The notes under the pieces: generated by a model
Told to the model about the DNA's origin: nothing
Databases searched by the model: none
Seen by the model: the letters and a program-made list of their open reading frames with translations, nothing else
NCBI GenBank assembly: GCA_035063585.1
Contig: JAPSGB010000009.1
Coordinates: forward strand, 32,001-96,000
Length of the DNA: 64,000 nt
Reading direction: 5' to 3'
Origin: Polyangiaceae bacterium
GTDB lineage: Bacteria; Myxococcota_A; Polyangia; Polyangiales; Polyangiaceae
Program-made: the position numbers and the translations under genes
Part shown: one piece after another, positions 60,590 through 64,000 of the stretch
How positions within the stretch are numbered: the first letter of the stretch is position 1
Layout of the letters: each line of letters begins with the position of its first letter

Positions 60590-60689
60590 GGCCGCCTTCT
60601 CGCCCATGAGCGCGCGCGACGCCAGACGAAATCGGAGGGCGGAGGGGGGCGCTTGCGTTCGCGGGGCGTTCCGTCTTAGGGCACGAGGC

Positions 60690-61499
60690 ATGAAGCTCGA
60701 CTCGTCGACGCGCGCCGTGGTCACCGGCGCAGGCAGCGGGCTCGGCCGCGCGCTCGCCGAGGAGCTCGCCCGCCGCGGCGCGAGCCTCCTCCTGGCGGAC
60801 ATCGACCTCGACGGCGCGAGCGAGACGGTGAAGCTGCTCGGCGGAGCGCGCGCGCACGCGGTAGCGTGTGACGTCTCGAGAGCGGCCGCGGTCGAGGCGC
60901 TCGCCGAAGAGGCCGAGCGCCGCCTCGGTGGCGTCGATCTCGTCGTCAACAACGCCGGCGTCGCGGTGGCGGGGAGCGTGGGCGAGGTCCCGCTCGACGA
61001 CTGGGAATGGATCATGGGCGTGAACCTGTGGGGCGTCATCCACGGCTGCCACAGCTTCGTCCCGCGCCTCCGGCGGCAAGGCCGCGGCGCCATCCTGAAC
61101 GTCGCCTCGGCGGCGGGCCTCCTCTCGACGCCGCGCATGGCGCCTTACAACGTCACCAAGGCGGGCGTCGTGGCGCTCTCCGAGACGCTCGCCGGCGAGC
61201 TCGCCGGGAGCGGGGTCTCCGTGACCGCGCTCTGCCCCACCTTCTTTCATACCAACATCATGACGAGCGGGCGCGGCGACTACATGAAGGGCATGACGAG
61301 CACCGTCGAGAGGCTCATGAGCCTCACCAAGGTCCAGGCCCCCGAGGTCGCCCGCGCCGCGCTCGACGCCACCGAGGCCGGTCGGCTCTACGCGATCCCG
61401 CACCGCGACGGGCGCTGGCTCTGGCGCCTGAAGCGCGCGCTCCCCGAGCGCTATTTCGACATCATGGGGCTCGTCACCCGAAGCGGCGCGATCGACTGA
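60690..61499 (+). CDS. SDR family oxidoreductase
   Basis: TGAGSGLG, NNAG, VASAAG and YNVTK. Confidence 0.93.
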   Translation: MKLDSSTRAVVTGAGSGLGRALAEELARRGASLLLADIDLDGASETVKLLGGARAHAVACDVSRAAAVEALAEEAERRLGGVDLVVNNAGVAVAGSVGEVPLDDWEWIMGVNLWGVIHGCHSFVPRLRRQGRGAILNVASAAGLLSTPRMAPYNVTKAGVVALSETLAGELAGSGVSVTALCPTFFHTNIMTSGRGDYMKGMTSTVERLMSLTKVQAPEVARAALDATEAGRLYAIPHRDGRWLWRLKRALPERYFDIMGLVTRSGAID

Positions 61500-61501
61500 G
61501 C

Positions 61502-62944
61502 CTACCGCGCTGCCTCGACGCGCATCCCGTCGACGGTGAGGCTCACCGCGCTCGGCGCAGCGCTCGTGCGCGGCACGAAGAGCCACCCGCCCGGCATGTG
61601 ATCGTAGGGGAAGAACTGCGCCTCCACGGTGCGCGTCTCAGCGCCGGCGCGCACCGTCACCGGGAGCGGCGCGCCCGCGAAGGTCGCGTCGCGGAGCACG
61701 CTCGGCCCCCACTCGACCACGCCGGCTCCGTCCACCGCGACGAGATCATACTCGGTGGCCGGCCCTTGCACGGACGGCAGGTTGATGCGTTGCCCGCGAG
61801 CGTGGAGCGCCGCGTAGTTGTAGTCGCTAATCCACTTCTTGTCGCAGTAGCCCATGATGTCCGAGTAGACGCTCGGGTCCACGAGCTGGCGCGCGAAGCG
61901 GTCGTAGCCCCAGGTTCCGATGCTTCCCTTGGGGTACGGGAAGCTCTGGTCGACCGACTGCGGATCGAGTCCCGGGCCGCAGTTGGCGTGCTCGCGTCCG
62001 TGCGCGTGCCCCGTCTCGTGCGCGGCGGTGTCGGCGGCGTACTCGGTGTAGCCCACGCCGAGCGCGAGGCGGAGCCCCACCGTGCCCACGTCCGGCGGGT
62101 TGTTGTTGAGCAGCGTCACCCCGAGCATGCAGCCGAAACCGCAGTACTGCGCGAACGACTCGTTCGGGTTGAACATACCGTAGAGGTACGTGTCATCCGG
62201 GATGTGCTCGCCAGTGCGAATCGAGAAGAGCTTCACCCCGACCCCCTGCCACCCGGTGCCGTCCTTGGTGATGGCCTGCGTCCACGGCACCGGTTCGTGG
62301 ACGCTCATCTCGACGTTCGACACCGGGTAGAGCTGCAGGAACCGCTGTCGGATCCGCTCGACCTGCTCGGGCGAGGTGTCGGGCAGGCGCCCCGAGCCGT
62401 CCGTGTCATAGCGGAACGGCACGATGATCATGCGGAGCGTGTTCTGCTTCCCTTCGACCGGCACGCTCGCGAGGCCATCCGCCGGATAGTGCGCCTCGGC
62501 GTGGTCGGCATCCCCGGGCTGGAGGAGGCTCACCGCGTAGGACAGCGTGTCGCCGATGCGCGCGCCCGGAACGTCGAAGTCGATGGTGCTGGCGAGATCC
62601 GCCTGCGAGGAGATGCGGCCGAGCGCAGTGAACTGCTCGAGCGGGGCACCTGCTCCGAGCTTCAGCCGCGCCCTCACGGGGTGGCCGTCGTACTTCGAGT
62701 CGGTCGCGTAGAAGACCCGCACCATCGCGTCACGCCCCGCGATGAGCGGCACGCTCGACTGCGCCGGCGCGCCGTTCACCATGAGATCGCGCTCCACCCC
62801 CTGATAGATGGCGATCCGAGTCACCAGCACGCCGGCCGCGCCGACCTCACTCTTCGCGCCCTCTTCCGCCGCCGAGTCGTTTCCCGAACACGCGGCGAGC
62901 ATCGAGACGCAGACCGTGACCAGCGGGAGCGCGCGCATTCTCAT
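61502..62944 (-). CDS. Lipoprotein metzincin metallopeptidase (M66-like)
   Basis: LAAC lipobox, HETGHAHGREH (HExxHxxGxxH) and a DIMGY Met-turn. Confidence 0.88.
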   Translation of the reverse strand: MRMRALPLVTVCVSMLAACSGNDSAAEEGAKSEVGAAGVLVTRIAIYQGVERDLMVNGAPAQSSVPLIAGRDAMVRVFYATDSKYDGHPVRARLKLGAGAPLEQFTALGRISSQADLASTIDFDVPGARIGDTLSYAVSLLQPGDADHAEAHYPADGLASVPVEGKQNTLRMIIVPFRYDTDGSGRLPDTSPEQVERIRQRFLQLYPVSNVEMSVHEPVPWTQAITKDGTGWQGVGVKLFSIRTGEHIPDDTYLYGMFNPNESFAQYCGFGCMLGVTLLNNNPPDVGTVGLRLALGVGYTEYAADTAAHETGHAHGREHANCGPGLDPQSVDQSFPYPKGSIGTWGYDRFARQLVDPSVYSDIMGYCDKKWISDYNYAALHARGQRINLPSVQGPATEYDLVAVDGAGVVEWGPSVLRDATFAGAPLPVTVRAGAETRTVEAQFFPYDHMPGGWLFVPRTSAAPSAVSLTVDGMRVEAAR

Positions 62945-63107
62945 GCGGCTCACTTAGCATTTCCCGCGTCGCGCCACGGCGCGTTTCCTCGGACGCCGCG
63001 CGCTCCCGCTCGGAGCCAGGTAGGGGGATGTCGGTGCGGCGCGGAACCCCGAGCCGAGGCGGCGTCACTCCCCGAGGAGCGCCCTGCGCGGCGCCCTCGC
63101 CTCGTGA

Positions 63108-64000
<893 letters not shown>

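Overview
A very GC-rich bacterial window that looks like Myxococcota and is probably two unrelated segments joined at a G16 homopolymer (6566-6581). The left segment (1-6565) carries tal, osmC, a small Zn-ribbon protein, a radical SAM plus LLM-oxidoreductase pair and two PEP-CTERM proteins, one with compensating frameshifts. The right segment (6582-64000) resembles Polyangiaceae/Sorangiineae DNA. It holds housekeeping genes (lplA, rnd, greB, pssA, cpoB, AlaX, can, partial argG), two Ser/Thr kinases, a sigma-54 response regulator, a DevBCA-type exporter and many secreted Cys-rich lipoproteins and hydrolases. I recognised no rRNA, tRNA, CRISPR array, transposase or integrase. The most interesting observations are: (i) a USP-coupled Zn-deacetylase with a C-terminal domain that looks GNAT-like, a possible writer/eraser fusion, flanked by two USP genes; (ii) two tandem lipoproteins that share a 6-Cys module but have unrelated C-terminal domains; (iii) a PPC-like plus Tudor-like fusion downstream of an LMW-PTP/fructosamine-kinase pair; (iv) an SPFH/zinc-ribbon/extracellular fusion; (v) a 1244-aa Cys-repeat surface protein. 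All calls come from reading motifs by eye and no database searches were run. Start codons were re-picked by hand where the ORF track over-extends.
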